From: Macrostomum lignano
Lineage: Eukaryota
Assembly: GCA_002269645.1 (NCBI GenBank)
Contig: NIVC01001511.1
Coordinates: 1-64,000, forward strand
DNA length: 64,000 nucleotides
Reading direction: 5' to 3'
Shown here: in pieces, positions 25,366 to 38,949 of the stretch
How the letters are laid out: every line of letters starts with the position of its first letter
Position numbering within the stretch: the first letter of the stretch is position 1
Notes under the pieces: generated by a model
What the model saw: only the letters and a program-made list of their open reading frames with translations
Database searches by the model: none
What the model was told of the DNA's origin: nothing
Program-made: the position numbers and the translations under genes

Positions 25366-25612
25366 CAGACGGCCCGGACAGACTATAATCCTCTCAATTT
25401 TGTAAGCCAGTCACCCAGTTTTATAGTTAGCCACAAAAGTGCGTTTCTCTTCTGTGTCTGGTTTAGACTTTATGCCTAAAGCTGTAAAGGATGAGCTGAC
25501 GCAAGCTGACTGGTAGATGAATCGATTTTCTCCGTTCGCGGTCACAGCTGTGATGTTAGGGAGCGGCTCTGGTTTATCACGAATGTTTGGACCGAGGAGA
25601 TTTTGAAATATA

Positions 25613-28281
25613 TCTTTCTCTTCTCTCTTATATCTAAAGCTGAGTGGGTCGATCGACCGGCCGGGTTTAACGCGTATCTCCTCCTAGACGGCTGGCAACT
25701 CAAATGCGGGACTTACATATATCAATTCAAAATTTTCCTACGCAACAAATAGGCTATTTTAATGTTGAAAAATTAAAAGTCAAGTCCGTTAAAAAAGCAA
25801 AAAACTGTTTTCTTAACCTTCTTTGGCCACTTTGCCTCTCCAGTGGCATTATTGTAAAAACAACCACCCCAACCTCCCCCCGCAGGTCGCTGTGTATTGG
25901 AGGGGTGGTTGATGCGTGTTCTGGGTTCAATGCTAATAAAACCCCCGCGTGTTGGGGGGTTCAGTTAAATTTAATGCTTCCCTCCAGAACGGAGGGTTGG
26001 GTTTGGGCTGAGTGTACATAGCAATGTACATTGTAAACAGATAGATAGGACTGTGTCGAGATTCAATTGGTTTTACTATCGGCGCCTTTCAAAAGGCAGC
26101 CTGTCTGTATATTAGCTGGGCAGTGAAATTCAATGAATAAACAGCAGGCAGGTGAATGTACACTCGATACTTAATGCTTTGAACCGGGAAGTTCAGACGT
26201 TAACTGTTCCTTTTTTTTAACTTTGAGAGGAGAGACTTATATTGCTGGAAGGATCTTGCAACGCTGAATTCGGGGATTTAAGTTATTTGCTTTAAATATG
26301 AAAACAAAAAGCACAGCATTGAAAAAACGATTCCATACTTTTAAAATTTCTGCCAAGATTGTAGTTGGGGGGGGGGGGTTGAGTACACAAATTCAGGCCA
26401 GCTATCATTTGAGTAAATTCAGTAATGGAGGAGGCTGGTAACAAATTTCAATTGGTTTGATTATCGGCGCTTTCAGTCCGTCAGATAAGAGAGTAAAGAG
26501 AAGAGAGATTTCAAGGAGAAGAGAGGATAGAAAGATGATAGAAAGACAGTAGATATGAGAGATAAGAGATTAAAGACGACAGAGCCAGAGGGGAGAGAAG
26601 AGGGGAGTGAGGCGGGAATGATGAAGAGGGAGAGCGAAGAGAAGAGAAAGTAGAGGGAAGAAAGGAGGGGAGAGAGGAAAATGAGAGAGCAAAGGAGGGA
26701 GGAAAGATGGGAGGAGAGAGGAGGGATAAGATAGTACAGAGGAGAGAGAAGAGAGAGGGGAGATGAGACAGGAGACGGTAGAGAGAAGAGGGGAAAGATG
26801 AGAGATGAAGAGGGAGAGGGTAAGAGAGAAAATAGGAGTATGAGAATTGAGAGCAGAGAGGAGATACGAGAGAGAAAAAAGAGGAGAGAGAGAGGACAGG
26901 GTAGAGGAGAGGCGATAGATAAGCGAGTAGAGATGAGAGATGAGAGAGAAGAGGAGAGATAGAGAGAATTGAGAGAAGACAGGAGAGAAGAGATAGAGAG
27001 AAGAGGGGAGAGAGCGAAGCGAGAAGAGAAGGGAGAGAAGAGAGAGATGAAAAAACAAATGAGAGAGCAAAAGGGGAAAGATGAGAGAATAGAGATGAGA
27101 AAATAGAGATGAGAGCGTAGAGGGGAGAGATGAGAGATGGGAGGTGATTGATAAGAAAGTAAGAGTAGAGATGAGAGAGGAGATGGAGAGCAGGAAGCAG
27201 AAAGAAGAGATTAGATAAAGGAGCAAAGAGGAGAGAGGCGACAGGAGAGAGTCTCAGTCTGGACGATGGCAGTCAATTTTTGTAAACAGGGAAAACATGC
27301 TATGATATTTCAGAGGTTTTATGGAGGATTTGGAAGATTTGGAAGATTTTTTGACGTATACCCAGACAAGTAAAAATCATATTTTTATAGACTTCAGTTT
27401 CATAGTCTTGATTGACTGAAATTTGATAGAGATAGTATTTTTTTAAATCGATGGATTGTAGCTTGAAGGAGGATGATACAAGCTAGATTGCAGTTTAACG
27501 GAGAGGATTTTGATGATAGCTGTTTCATGGAGAGGATGAAATGGTTAAATTGAAAGGGAATAGAGAAAAGAGAAAAGGCTAGAGTAGATAAAAGATTAGA
27601 TGAAAGAGAACATGAAAAGAGAGAATTAAAAGGGACAGATTAGAGAAAAGAAAAAAAGAGAATAAAGGCGAGAGAAGAGATGAAGGAATTGAGAGGAGAG
27701 AGGAGAGGGGTAAGAGAGGAGAAAGAGGAGACAGAGGGAGTAGAGCCAAAAGACGAGAGAGAAGAGATAAATTAGTAGAGATGAGGGGAGAGAGAGGAGA
27801 GAGAAGCAAGAGGATAAGGGAGAGAGGAGAGGGGAGAAAGTAGAGAGATGAGAGAGCAGAGAGGAGATAAAGGAGAGGAGAGAGAAGAGATAAAAGAGGA
27901 GAGAGGAAAAAGTTGAGAGGAGAAAGTAGTGAGGAGAGATAAGAGAGTAGACATGAGAAATGATAGATAAGCGAGGAGATGAGAGCAGAGAGGAGATAGG
28001 AGAGATTAGAGATGAGAGAGCAGAGAGGAGATAGGAGAGATTAGAGATGAGAGAGCAAAGAGGAGAGAGGAGACAGACGAGAGTCTCAGTCTGGACGATG
28101 GCAGGCAGTCAATTTTTGCACACAGGTAAAACAACATGGTTTTTGGGAGGTTAATATAGGATTTGGAGAGGATTTGGACGATGGGATTCGTGTCATTGGA
28201 TTCAGCTGATGGTTTCGGGGAATGAAATTCTGGCGATGGGAGTTCTATCCCCTCACTCCGCCAACGGAGGAGTTGGCCTCG
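25613..28281 (+). mobile_element. Non-autonomous Helitron-like element, copy 1 of a head-to-tail trimer
   Basis: 5' A|TC at 25612/25613, head TATATCTAAAGCTGAG...AACGCGTATCTC, internal GA-rich tracts, 3' hairpin CTCCG-CCAA-CGGAG + 8 nt + CTCG|T. No TSD or TIR. Confidence 0.65.
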
Positions 28282-30658
28282 TTATATCTAAAGCTGAGTG
28301 GGTCGATCGACCGGCCGGGTTTAACGCGTATCTCCTCCTAGACGGCTGGCAACTCAAATGCGGGACTTATATATATCAATGCAGAATTTTCCTACGCAAC
28401 AAATAGGCTATTTTAATGTTAAAAAATTAAAAGTTAAGTCCGTTAAAAAAGCAGAAAACTGTTTTCTTAACCTTCTTTGGCCACTTTGCCTCTTCAGTGG
28501 AGGGGTAGTGGCATAATTGTAAAAACAACCACCCCAACCTCCCCCCGCAGGTCGCTGTGTATTGGAGGGGTGGGTGACGCGTGTTCTGGGTTCAATGCTA
28601 ATAAAACCCCGCGTGTTGGGGGTGCAGTAAAATTTTATGATTCCCCCGGAATAGGGGGGGTTGGTTTGGGCTGAGTGTACATAGCAAAGTACATTGTAAG
28701 CAGATAGATATGACTGTGTCGAGATCGGCGTCTTTCAAAAGGCAGCCCTGTGTATTAGCTGGGCAGTGAAATTCAATGAATAAACTTGCGAGCCTCTTAC
28801 TGTAGGAGGCAGTGACTGTACACTCGATACTTCAATGCTTTAAATCAGGAAGTTCAAAGGCTAACTGTTCCTTGAGTTTTAAGCTTTAAGAGGAGAGAAT
28901 TATATTGCTGGAAAGATCTTGCAACGCTGAGTTTGGGGATATAAGTTATTTGCTTTAAATATGAAAACAAAAAGCACAGCATTGAAAAAACGATTTCCAT
29001 ACTTTTAAACTTTCTGCCAAGATTGTAGTTGGGGGGGGGGTTGCGTACAGAAATTCAAGCCAGCTATCATTTGTGTAATTTCCGTAATGGAGGAGGCGGG
29101 TGACAAATTTCAATTGGTTTGATTATCGGCGCTTTCAGTCCGTCAGATAAGAGAGTAGAGAGAAGAGAGATTTCAAGGAGAAGAGAGGATAGAAACATGA
29201 TAGAAAAGACAGTAGATATGAGAGATGAAAGATTAAAGACGACAGAGGGGAGTGAGGCGGGAATGATGAAGAGGGAGAGAGAAGAGAAGAGAATTTAGAG
29301 GGGGGAGAGAGGAAAAATGAGAGAGCAGAGGAGGGAGGAAAGATGGGAGGAGAGAGGAGGGATAAGAGAGTACAGAGGAGAGAGAAGAGAGAGGAGAGAT
29401 GAGACAGGAAACGGTAGAGAGGAGAGGGGAAAGATGACAGATGAAAAAGGAGAGGGTAAGAGAGAAAATAGGAGTATGAGAAATGAGAGCAGAGAGGAGA
29501 GACGATAGAGAAAAGAGAAGAGAGAGAGAGGACAGGGTAGAGGAGAGGCGATAGATAAGCGACTAGAGATAAGAGATGAGAGAGAAGAGGAGAGATAAGA
29601 GAGAATTGAGAGAAGACAGGAGAGAAGAGATAAGAGAGAAGAATGGAGAGAGAGAGAGAAGCGAGAAGAGAAAACTTGCTATGATATTTCAGAGGTTTTA
29701 TGGAGGATTTAGAAGATTTGGAAGACTTTTTGACGTATACCCAGACAAGTAAAAAGCATATTTTTATAAACTTCAGTTTCATAGTCTTGATTGACTGAAA
29801 TTTGATAGAGATAATATTTTTTAAATTGATGGATTGCAGTTTAACGGAGAGGATTTTGATGATATCTGTTTCATGGAGAGGATGAAATGGCTAAATGAAA
29901 TGGAATAGAGAAAAGAGAAAAGGAAAGAGAAGATAAAAGATTAGATGAAAGAGAACATAAACAGAGAGAATTAAAAGGGACAGATTAGAGAAAAGAAAAA
30001 AAGAGAATAAAGGCGAGAGAAGAGATGAGGGAATTAGGAGGAGAGAGGAGAGGGGGTAAGAGAGGAGAAAGAGGAGACAGGAGGGAGTAGAGCCGAAAGA
30101 CGAGAGAGAAGAGATAAATGAGTAGAGATGAGGGGAGAGAGAGGAGAGAGAAGCGAGATTATAAGGGAGAGAGGAGAGGGGAGAAAGTAGAGAGATGAGT
30201 GAGCAGAGAGGAGATAAAGGAGAGAAGAGAGAAGAGAGAAGAGAGAAGAGATAAAAGAGGAGAGAGGAAAAAGTAGAGAGGAGAAAGTAGTGAGGAGAAA
30301 GAAGAGAGTAAATATGAGAACGCAGAGAGGAGAGATAAGAGAGTAGAGATGAGAGATGAGAGATGAGATGAGAAATGATAGATAAGCGAGGAGATGAGAG
30401 CAGAGAGGAGATAGGAGAGATTAGAGATGATAGAGCAAAGAGGAGAGAGGAGACAGGCGAGAGTCAGTCTGGATGATGGCAGGCAGTCAGTTTTGCAAAC
30501 AGGTAAAACAACATGGTTTTTGGGAGCTTAATAGAGGATTTGGAGAGGATTTGGACGATGGGATTCGTGTCATTGGATTCAGCTGATGGATTTCAGAAAA
30601 TGAAATTCTGGCGATGGGAGTTCTTCCCCTTACTCCGCCAACGGAGGAGTTGGCCTCG
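28282..30658 (+). mobile_element. Helitron-like element copy 2 (2377 bp, internal deletion)
   Basis: Junction GGCCTCG|TTATATCTAAAGC; same modules as copy 1. Confidence 0.65.
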
Positions 30659-33291
30659 TTATATCTAAAGCTGAGTGGATCGATCGACCGGCCGGGTTTA
30701 ACGCGTATCTCCTCCTAAACGGCTGGCAACTCAAATGCGGGACTTATATATATCAATGCAGAATTTTCCTACGCAACAAATAGGCTATTTTAATGTTGAA
30801 ATTTTCAAAATTAAGTCTGTTAAAAAAGCAGAAAACTGTTTTCTTAACCTTCTTTGGCCACATTGCCTCTCCAGTGGAGGGGTAGTGGCATAATTGTAAA
30901 AACAACTACCCCAACCTCCTCCCGCGGGTCGCTGTGTTTTGGAGGGGTGGGTGACGCGTGTTCTGGGTTCAATGCTAATAAAACCCCGCGTGTTGGGGGT
31001 GCCGTAAAATTTAATGATTCCCCCGGAATAGGGGGGGGGGTTGGTTTGGGCTGAGTGTACATAGCAATGTACTGTGTAAACAGATAGAAAAGGACTGTGT
31101 CGAGATTCAATTGGTTTTATTATCGGCGTCTTTCAAAAGGCTGTGTATTAGCTGGGCAGCTAAATTCAATGAATAAACTTGCGAGCGGGAAGTTCAAACG
31201 CAAACTGTTCCTTGAGTTTTAAGCTTTGAGAGGAGAGAATTTGTATTGCTGGAAAGATCTTGCAACGCTGAGTTTGGGGATATAAGTTATTTGTTTTAAA
31301 TATGAAAACAAAAAGCACAGCATTGAAAAAACGATTTCCATACTTTTAAACTTTCTGCCAAGATTGTAGTTGGGGGGGAAGGTTGCGTACACAAATTCAA
31401 GCCAGCTATCATTTGAGTAATTTTAGTAATGGAGGAGGCGGGTGATAAATTTCAATTGTTTTGATTATCGGCGCTTTCAGTCCGTCAGATAAGAGAGTAG
31501 AGAGAAGAGAGTAGAGAGAAGAGAGTTTTCAAGGAGAAGAGAGGATAGAAAGATGATAGAAAAGACAGTAGATATGAGAGCTGAGAGATTAAAGACGAGT
31601 CGACGACAGAGGGGAGAGAAGAGTGGAGTAAGGCAAGAATGATGAAGAGGGAAAGTGAAGAGAAGAGAATGTGGAGGGAAGATAGGGGGGGGAAGGAAAA
31701 ATGAGAGATCAAAGGAGGGAGGAAAGATGGGGAGGAGAGAGGAGGGATAAGAGAGTACAGAGGAGATAGAAGAGAGAGGAGAGATGAGACAGGAGACGGT
31801 AGAGAGGAGAGGGGAAAGATGAGAGATGAAAAAGAAGAGGGTAAGAGAGAAAATAGGAGTATGAGAAATGAGAGCAGAGAGAAGAGACGAGAGAGAAAAG
31901 AGAAGAGAGAGAGGGCAGGGTAGAGGAGAGGCGATAGATAAGCGAGTAGAGATGAGAGATGGAAGAGAAGAGGAGAGATAAGAGAGAATTGAGAGAAGAC
32001 AGGAGAGAAGACGGGAGAGAGAGAAGCGAGAAGAGAAGAGAGAGAGGACTCAGGAGAGAGATGAGAAAAGAAATGAGAGAGCAAAGGGGAAAGATGAGAG
32101 AATAGAGATAAGAAAAAAGAGATAAGAGCGCAGAGAGGAGAGATGAGAGATGGGAGGTGATTGATAAGAAAGTAAGAGTAGAGATGAGAGAGGAGATGAG
32201 AGCAGAGAGAAGAGATTAGATAAAGGAGCAAAGAGGAGAGAGGAGACAGGAGAGAGTCTCAGTCTGGACCTTGCAGTCAATTTTTGCAAACAGGGAAAAC
32301 ATGCTATGATATTTCAGAGGTTTTATGGAGGATTTTTTAATTTTTTTGACGTATACCCAGACAAGTAAAAAGCATATTTTATAGACTTCAGTTTCATAGT
32401 CTTGAGTGACTGAAATTTGATAGAGATAATATTTTTTTAATTGATGGATTGTAGCTTGAAGGAGATGATACACGCTGGATTGCAGTTTAACGGAGATGAT
32501 TTTGATGATATCTGTTTCATAGAGAGGATGAAATGGCTAAATGAAAGGGAATAGAGAAAAGAGAAAAGGAAAGAGTGGATAAAATATTAGATGAAAGAGA
32601 ACATGAAAAGAGAGAATCAAAAGGGACAGATTAGAGAAAAGAAAAAGAGAATAAAGGCGAGAGAAGAAATGAGGGAATTGAGAGGAGAGAGGAGAGGGGG
32701 TAAGAGAGGAGAAAGAGGAGACAGGAGGGAGTAGAGCCAAAAGACGAGAGAGAAGAGATAAAAGAGTAAAGATGAGGGGAGAGAGAGGAGAGAGAAGCGA
32801 GAGGATAAGGGAGAGAGGAGAGGGGAGAAAGTAGAAAGATGAGAGAGCAGAGAGGAGATAAAGGAGAGGAGAGTGAAGAGATAAAAGAGAAGAGAGGAAA
32901 AAGTAGAGGAGAAAGTAGTGAGGAGAAAGAAGAGAGTAGATATGAGAGTGCAGAAAGGAGAGATAAGAGAGTAGAGATGAGAGATAAGAGATGAGATGAG
33001 AAATGATTGATAAACGAGCAGATAAGAGCAGAGAGGAGATAGGAGAGATTAGAGATGAGAGAGCAAAGAGGAGAGAGGGACAGACGAGAGTCTCAATCTG
33101 GACAATGGCAGGCAGTCAATTTTTGCAAACAGGTATAAAACAACATGATTTTTGGGGGGTTAATAGAGGATTTGGAGAGGATTTGGACGATGGGATTCGT
33201 GTCATTGGATTCAGCTGATGGATTTCAGGGAATGAAATTCTGGCGATGGGAGTTCTATCCCCTTACTCCGCCAACGGAGGAGTTGGCCTCG
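30659..33291 (+). mobile_element. Helitron-like element copy 3 (2633 bp)
   Basis: Same head; ends GGAGTTGGCCTCG|TACAG where homology stops. Confidence 0.65.
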
Positions 33292-33804
33292 TACAGTATA
33301 TTGCTGACTTCCAATCCACTATTTTTTTTCGCTGGCTAATAGCAGAATTCTCAAATGATTTCCCAGGAGATTTATATTGACGAAATCTTTAGTGGCCAGT
33401 CAGTTTTATGAATAATGCTCTGAATTATGCTGTTTTGTTTTACTTGTAGTTTCTATAGAAATAGGGTAGCTTGGCAAATCTGAAAGCAGCCAACTAGCTG
33501 CTTCTATGCAGGCAAATGAGGACTAATGGAGCGTTGCTTTTGTAGCCCCTCCCCTCCGCTGCTCAGGTAATGAGCGACTGGGATGTGAGGAGAGGAGAGA
33601 GAGAGAAACGCTGGACAAAACTGTTTCGGCTATGCAGGAAGAGCAAATCTTGAAATGCTAGTTAGGAATAAACTTTGGAGGAAGGAAAAGTCCCACAGCA
33701 CGTATGTAAGCTGTGGTTCTTATTTCTGTGCAAGAAATTGACTCAAACATGCGAGATTCGGATGCACAACAGAGCTCGTGACCGAAATAGATGGAATACG
33801 ATAG

Positions 33805-34108
33805 CAACAACAATAATGATTGATTACACCTGCCCCAATTGAGCCAGATGTGCAACCGACAGCTCAGCCGCAGCTGTTGCGCGCCGCATCTGAAGGCTGC
33901 GTACGGCTGTTCAGTCCAAGGACTGGGGGGGGGGTCGCCACACACAGCCTCAATTACCCCAGCTAATGCTGGCACCCATTTTACAGCTGGGTGAACTGAA
34001 GCAATGCAGAGTTAAGTGTCTTTTGCTCAAGGACACAAATTGTTCCGAGTGGGTCGAGAATCGAACCCCCGACCTTTCAGTCGTGAGTCCGACGCTCACG
34101 ACTACAAC
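33805..34108 (-). mobile_element. tRNA-derived CORE-SINE, copy 1
   Basis: Minus strand: B box GGTTCGATTC, CORE-like TGTGTCCTTGAGCAA..GACACTTAACTC...CAGCTGTAAAATGGG (compare MIR core TGTGACCTTGGGCAAGTCACTTAAC...CTGTAAAATGGG), and (ATT/GTT)n tail. Confidence 0.88.
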
Positions 34109-36239
34109 GATACAACGATAGTAAGCAAGCATAAACGCGAAGGCACAATTCTACTAGCAATACACATGCATATAAGGTTTGCTTTGCTGGTAGTGGGAAA
34201 AATGGACGGGAAATATTGAAGAAACTGGAGTCGGATACGGTGCGAGCTGAAAAAGTGCAGATCGCAGATCAGCAGGCAGATGGTTTCGCGTGTTCGACCA
34301 CAAGGCCTGCGTAGACAGATGCTGGAATCGGATGAATAATAGTATCAGTATCGTGCGAATATGGATCACATATTCCCGCGAGGGGGGATTTCAAAATGCA
34401 AGCAGAAGGTTTTAACTTGGAGCTGCCTCTTTGACGAAAAAAGCCTTATGTATAGTGTAAGCTCTTTTCTGTCCAGCATGCCTAGCAAACCTCATCACAG
34501 AATAACCACCAGAGCAACTGCAGCCAGCGAGGATAGGCCTGTTTGCTAACTGTTACAAGTAACGCCATATAATAACCAATGACTACAGGCTGTTGTAATT
34601 TTTGCTACAGCCTGTCAATCTAGCTAGTTATACAATCTACAGTCTAATGTACAGCCATTCAGCTGGTTGGATCTTTTGAATTGCAGAGGCGCGCTGCTGA
34701 ACTGGCAGTTATAGTCTATGGCCTGCCCTCTTGACCGCGCTAGCAGTAAATATGTATAAGATATTCTGCTCGAGGGATTTAACTGAAATACTGACCTCAA
34801 ACCCATGGAATATCTTATTTAAACTACTTTAATTTTGCGGGATGTATTCAGATAAATCCCGGAGCCATACTTGTATGTCTATGGTTGAAGTTGGGGATGG
34901 GGTGTGGGGCGAAGCCCCCACATTCTTACCATAGACAAAATTTCATTAAGAAATTTCTCGAGTCACGAAGGAAGAGAAGAGAGAAGCTCGCTTATTTAGT
35001 TACATACAATAATCCTTGCAATATATCCGGGAAAGTGATCGATTAAATCCCGCAAAATAAAATCTATGCCAATAACCTCCCTGAAAGTGAGCTTTAAAGT
35101 GGTTTAAATTTTTATAATTATTGCGTTTCATGAAGACGAATTTGTCAAGTCGTTTTTGCCGTTTTTTGGCCATAGACAACACAAGTTTAGCTTCAGCATT
35201 ATCGAAGGGTCCCACTTGTCAATGACAAGTCTAAAAAATTCAAAATTCTATGTTTCATAGCCAAGGTTATAGCCTTGGAAGAAGGACTGTAGGGCCTAGG
35301 TTGACCCATACACTGCGCAACTATAGGGTGGGAACTACACGCCAACCGCCCGGCCAATTTTCGTGCGCGAGCCCCAAATGAATAAATGAGTTTTAGAGTG
35401 CACTGAATCCTGCAAATTTATGGACACGAAACGTTTTATAGACGATTTGTGCGAAGTAAAATCCAACTTTTATCCCAGCTAGCGCTGGACATTCCAGTCT
35501 TGGCGTTGCACCAGGAATTTGGGTTAAAATCCTGCCGCATTTCTTTATAAACGAAAGTATTTGCCGCAAGGATTTACAGTCAGGCATTTTGCTTCCATCA
35601 TTCCGGCATTTCACGTGCCTTGGCTCACTGCCAGTGGATGGGGAGCGGCTTCTGCGCCCACAACCGCCGCCCCACTCCTAACCAAGGATGCCTCCTGTGA
35701 ACTAGGTAGTGCATAGTATCCAGGCCACGCGGCATTCTCCAAGCTAGTAGATTTCGACAAGTTAAGCTGAAGAGTGAAGCGAAGACGAAATTTCCGGCTC
35801 TAAGAAGAAATGTCAAAACTGGACCATGCGCCTCACCCTGCTGAAGAATGCATGGAGACAGGGAGAGAAATATAATTATAATTCTACTAAAGTGCAGTTC
35901 CGATATTGATTATGATTATATATTGACGGCCACGGAGTTTGGCCTATCTATCATCAATGCATCGATTGATTGATTAATTGTTTTTGCATGCAAGCTGCAG
36001 AAAAGAGTGACAACTCAGCGCTAAACAAACAAGAAAAAAATTTCCCTTGTTGAAATTCTGTTCCTGTTGCATAAGCAGCAAGTTATAACAGATTTTTTGA
36101 ACCAATGAATTTTTAGGCTAGTAGATTTTGCTAAGTTCATTAGCGTTTTATGACTAATATTTTCTGAAACTGTCCCTCTTCTCTGCATTCTCTTCTCCCC
36201 CTCAAAATCTCCTCCATTTCTGGCATTTCACTGAGCCCT

Positions 36240-36850
36240 CTACCCCTCTGCCCTCTCTCTATCATCTGACCTTCTCCCCTCTGCCTTCCCTCTCCCCTCT
36301 GCCTCCCTCTACCCTCTGCCTCCCTCTCCCCTCTGCCACCCTCTCCCCTCTGCCTCCGTCTCTCCTCTTCCCTCCCTCTCCCCTCTTCCCTCCCTCTCCC
36401 CTCTGCCTTCCCTATCCCCCTCTGCCCTCCCTCTCCCCCTCTGCCCTCCCTCTCCCCTCTGCCCTCCCTCTCCCCCTCTGCCTTCCCTCTCCCCTCTGCC
36501 CTCCCTCTCCCCTCTGCCTTCCCTATCCCCCTCTGCCCTCCCTCTCCCCTCTGCCCTCCCTCTCCCTCTGCCCTCCCTCTCCCTCTGCCCTCCCTCTCCC
36601 CTCGTCCCTCCCTCTCCCCTCTGCCTTCCCTATCCCCCTCTGCCCTCCCTCTCCCCTCTGCCCTCCCTCTCCCCTCTGCCCTCCCTCTCCCTCTGCCCTC
36701 CCTCTCCCCCTCTGCCCTCCCTCTCCCCCTCTGCCCTCCCTCTCCCCTCTGCCCTCCCTCTCCCCCTCTGCCTTCCCTCTCCCCTCTGCCCTCCCTCTCC
36801 CCTCGTCCCTCCTCCTCTCTGCCCTCCCTCTGCCCCTCTGCTCGGCCTCT
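36240..36850. repeat. Pyrimidine-rich ~18-20-bp repeat (CTCTGCCCTCCCTCTCCC)
   Basis: Tandem TC-rich units. Confidence 0.93.
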
Positions 36851-37752
36851 TTCCCTCTACTTTCCCGCTGCGTATCTCTCGCATCTGCAGTCTCGTATTC
36901 TGCAAGGTTACAGTTATTTGGCTAACTTTTTAGCCATGAAAACTTCCAGATTTTAGAATAATTTCAACTTTCTGGCCAAATCTTTCTGGTCTGCATTAAC
37001 GTTAAAATTTCTGGTTAATCTGTAAGCTTCGACGCAGTGCCTTCTTAATTGCTGAACTGATTAAAAAAGTTTTGCTACATTTTTATAAGAAAAGCTTTTA
37101 TTCAATTAATTGGTCTCTTAATGATGTTAAAAGTTGAAAAAATCGCAGAAAATCTGGATCTGCAACAGCTAAACTTATTTCAACTATAGTTAAACTGATG
37201 AGGTGAATCAACAGAGAGAGAGGCAATAACCTTTCACTCGGGCATTTGGGTCTCGCAAAAGCTGCCACCTTCATAAATACTGAATAGAGTGGATGAGGCA
37301 TTCTCGCCCCATAAACTCTGGCCTGACAGTGAAAGCAGAATGCGTGCGAGAGCGAGAAAAAGTCAATCAAGGACACGGCCCAGCTGACTACGCTAAACTA
37401 TGCGCAGAGAAATGATGCCTTTAACTTGCTAGTCTAGCTGACTGTTCTGAAATATAATTATGAGGAAATTGATCCAGGGAGAGAGTGGAGTGAAGCCGAA
37501 GATGATGGAGCATATATGAAACATCTATGCTGTCCAGCATCCTGACTTCGCTGATGTAAAAAATCGCAAATTCACTTAGGATTCTACTTTAACTTGAAGC
37601 TGTTCGTGGTATGCTGTAAGGAGCACTTCTAGACTAATGTCTGAGTGAATTCCTTCTACTAATTAGACCCTAAGAATCACGTTCTTGATTTATATAGCAG
37701 CTGCATAACGGACAGGTGACGTTATAGAACAGAGTTGGAGAGTGGGAGATGG

Positions 37753-37846
37753 GACTGACTGACTGACTGACTGACTGACTGACTGACTGACTGACTGACT
37801 GACTGACTGACTGACTGACTGACTGACTGACTGACTGACTGACTGA
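37753..37846. repeat. (GACT)n microsatellite
   Basis: Seen directly. Confidence 0.98.
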
Positions 37847-38359
37847 CAAGACAACAAACATATACAGAAAAGTCTGTCAGCTTGTTATTATAAACATACT
37901 TAACAAACCGGCAGCACTGAAAGCACCAGCATATGTTGGGATACTACAAGTATAAACTGTATAGTGCAAGTCTACGCTTATCATCCGTGACTCATCAATC
38001 GATTTGGACATCTGCCTGGCTAGTGCAGCTATCTCTGCTGCCCATCTCCAATGTTGAAGCCGCATGATATGCATTCTGGGGCCCATTCTGTCTCGCCCAG
38101 CGCCTTCCTGATCCCTGTTTGCCAATGCTTGTGCGAGGCGGGGTTCTGCCGGCTTCATTTCAACGCTTGTTCCTCATCGGTTACTCTAGCTGACTATAGT
38201 GTACGTCTATTTCTTAGCAAGCAGTCAGCGTGTTCCATGCCAGTCCTGCTGCGTCGTCGCTTCTCTCTTTCTTGTTTTCTGTAACAGTTTTGTTCACTAT
38301 TCTCTGATAGTTCCTTGAGGGCATGTTACTAAGCCGCCCAGCGCTAAAGCCGCAGATAA

Positions 38360-38600
38360 TGCTACTAGCAGTAATGGTGTATTTGTAATTGTAATTTCAG
38401 CACAAATAACTAGCAATCAGCGCCCCTTGTTGGGGAGCAAAAAAATGCAGTACAAGTTTTTTTAATAAACTATGAGTATCTTCTCATTGCAATAACCTCA
38501 GCAATCCCTTATTAAGCCTTGGCATCACCGCAATCCCCCCCACGAGCCTTAACATATCAACTTCCCCCCTTAACATCTCAGCGATGACCCCAATAAGCCT
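38360..38600. repeat. Unclassified interspersed repeat related to 15290-15640 (and a short match near 55285-55310)
   Basis: Shared AACTAGCAATCAGC.CCCC.TGTTG and AGCCTT.ACAT.TCAAC blocks. Confidence 0.55.
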
Positions 38601-38615
38601 TGGGCCTTGAGCCTT

Positions 38616-38670
38616 GTAGTAGTAGTAGTAATAGTAGTAGTAGTGGTAGTAGTAGTAGTAGTAGTAGTAA

Positions 38671-38723
<53 letters not shown>

Positions 38724-38724
38724 A

Positions 38725-38755
<31 letters not shown>

Positions 38756-38790
38756 CGTAGTAGTTGTAGTAGTAGTAAAAGTAGTAGTAA

Positions 38791-38837
<47 letters not shown>

Positions 38838-38949
38838 ATAGTAATAGTAGTAGTAGTAGTAGTAGTAGAAGTAGTAGTAGTAGTAATAGTAATAGTAGTA
38901 GTAGTAGTAGAAGTAGTAGTAATAGTAATAGTAGTAGTAGTAGTAGTAG
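38616..38949. repeat. (TAG)n microsatellite with TAA variants
   Basis: Seen directly; source of the poly-L/S/V ORFs. Confidence 0.98.

Noticed and set aside
26570-32740. Leu/Ser-rich 'membrane protein' ORFs on the minus strand
   Set aside because: Artefacts of the GA-rich tracts in the Helitron-like repeats.
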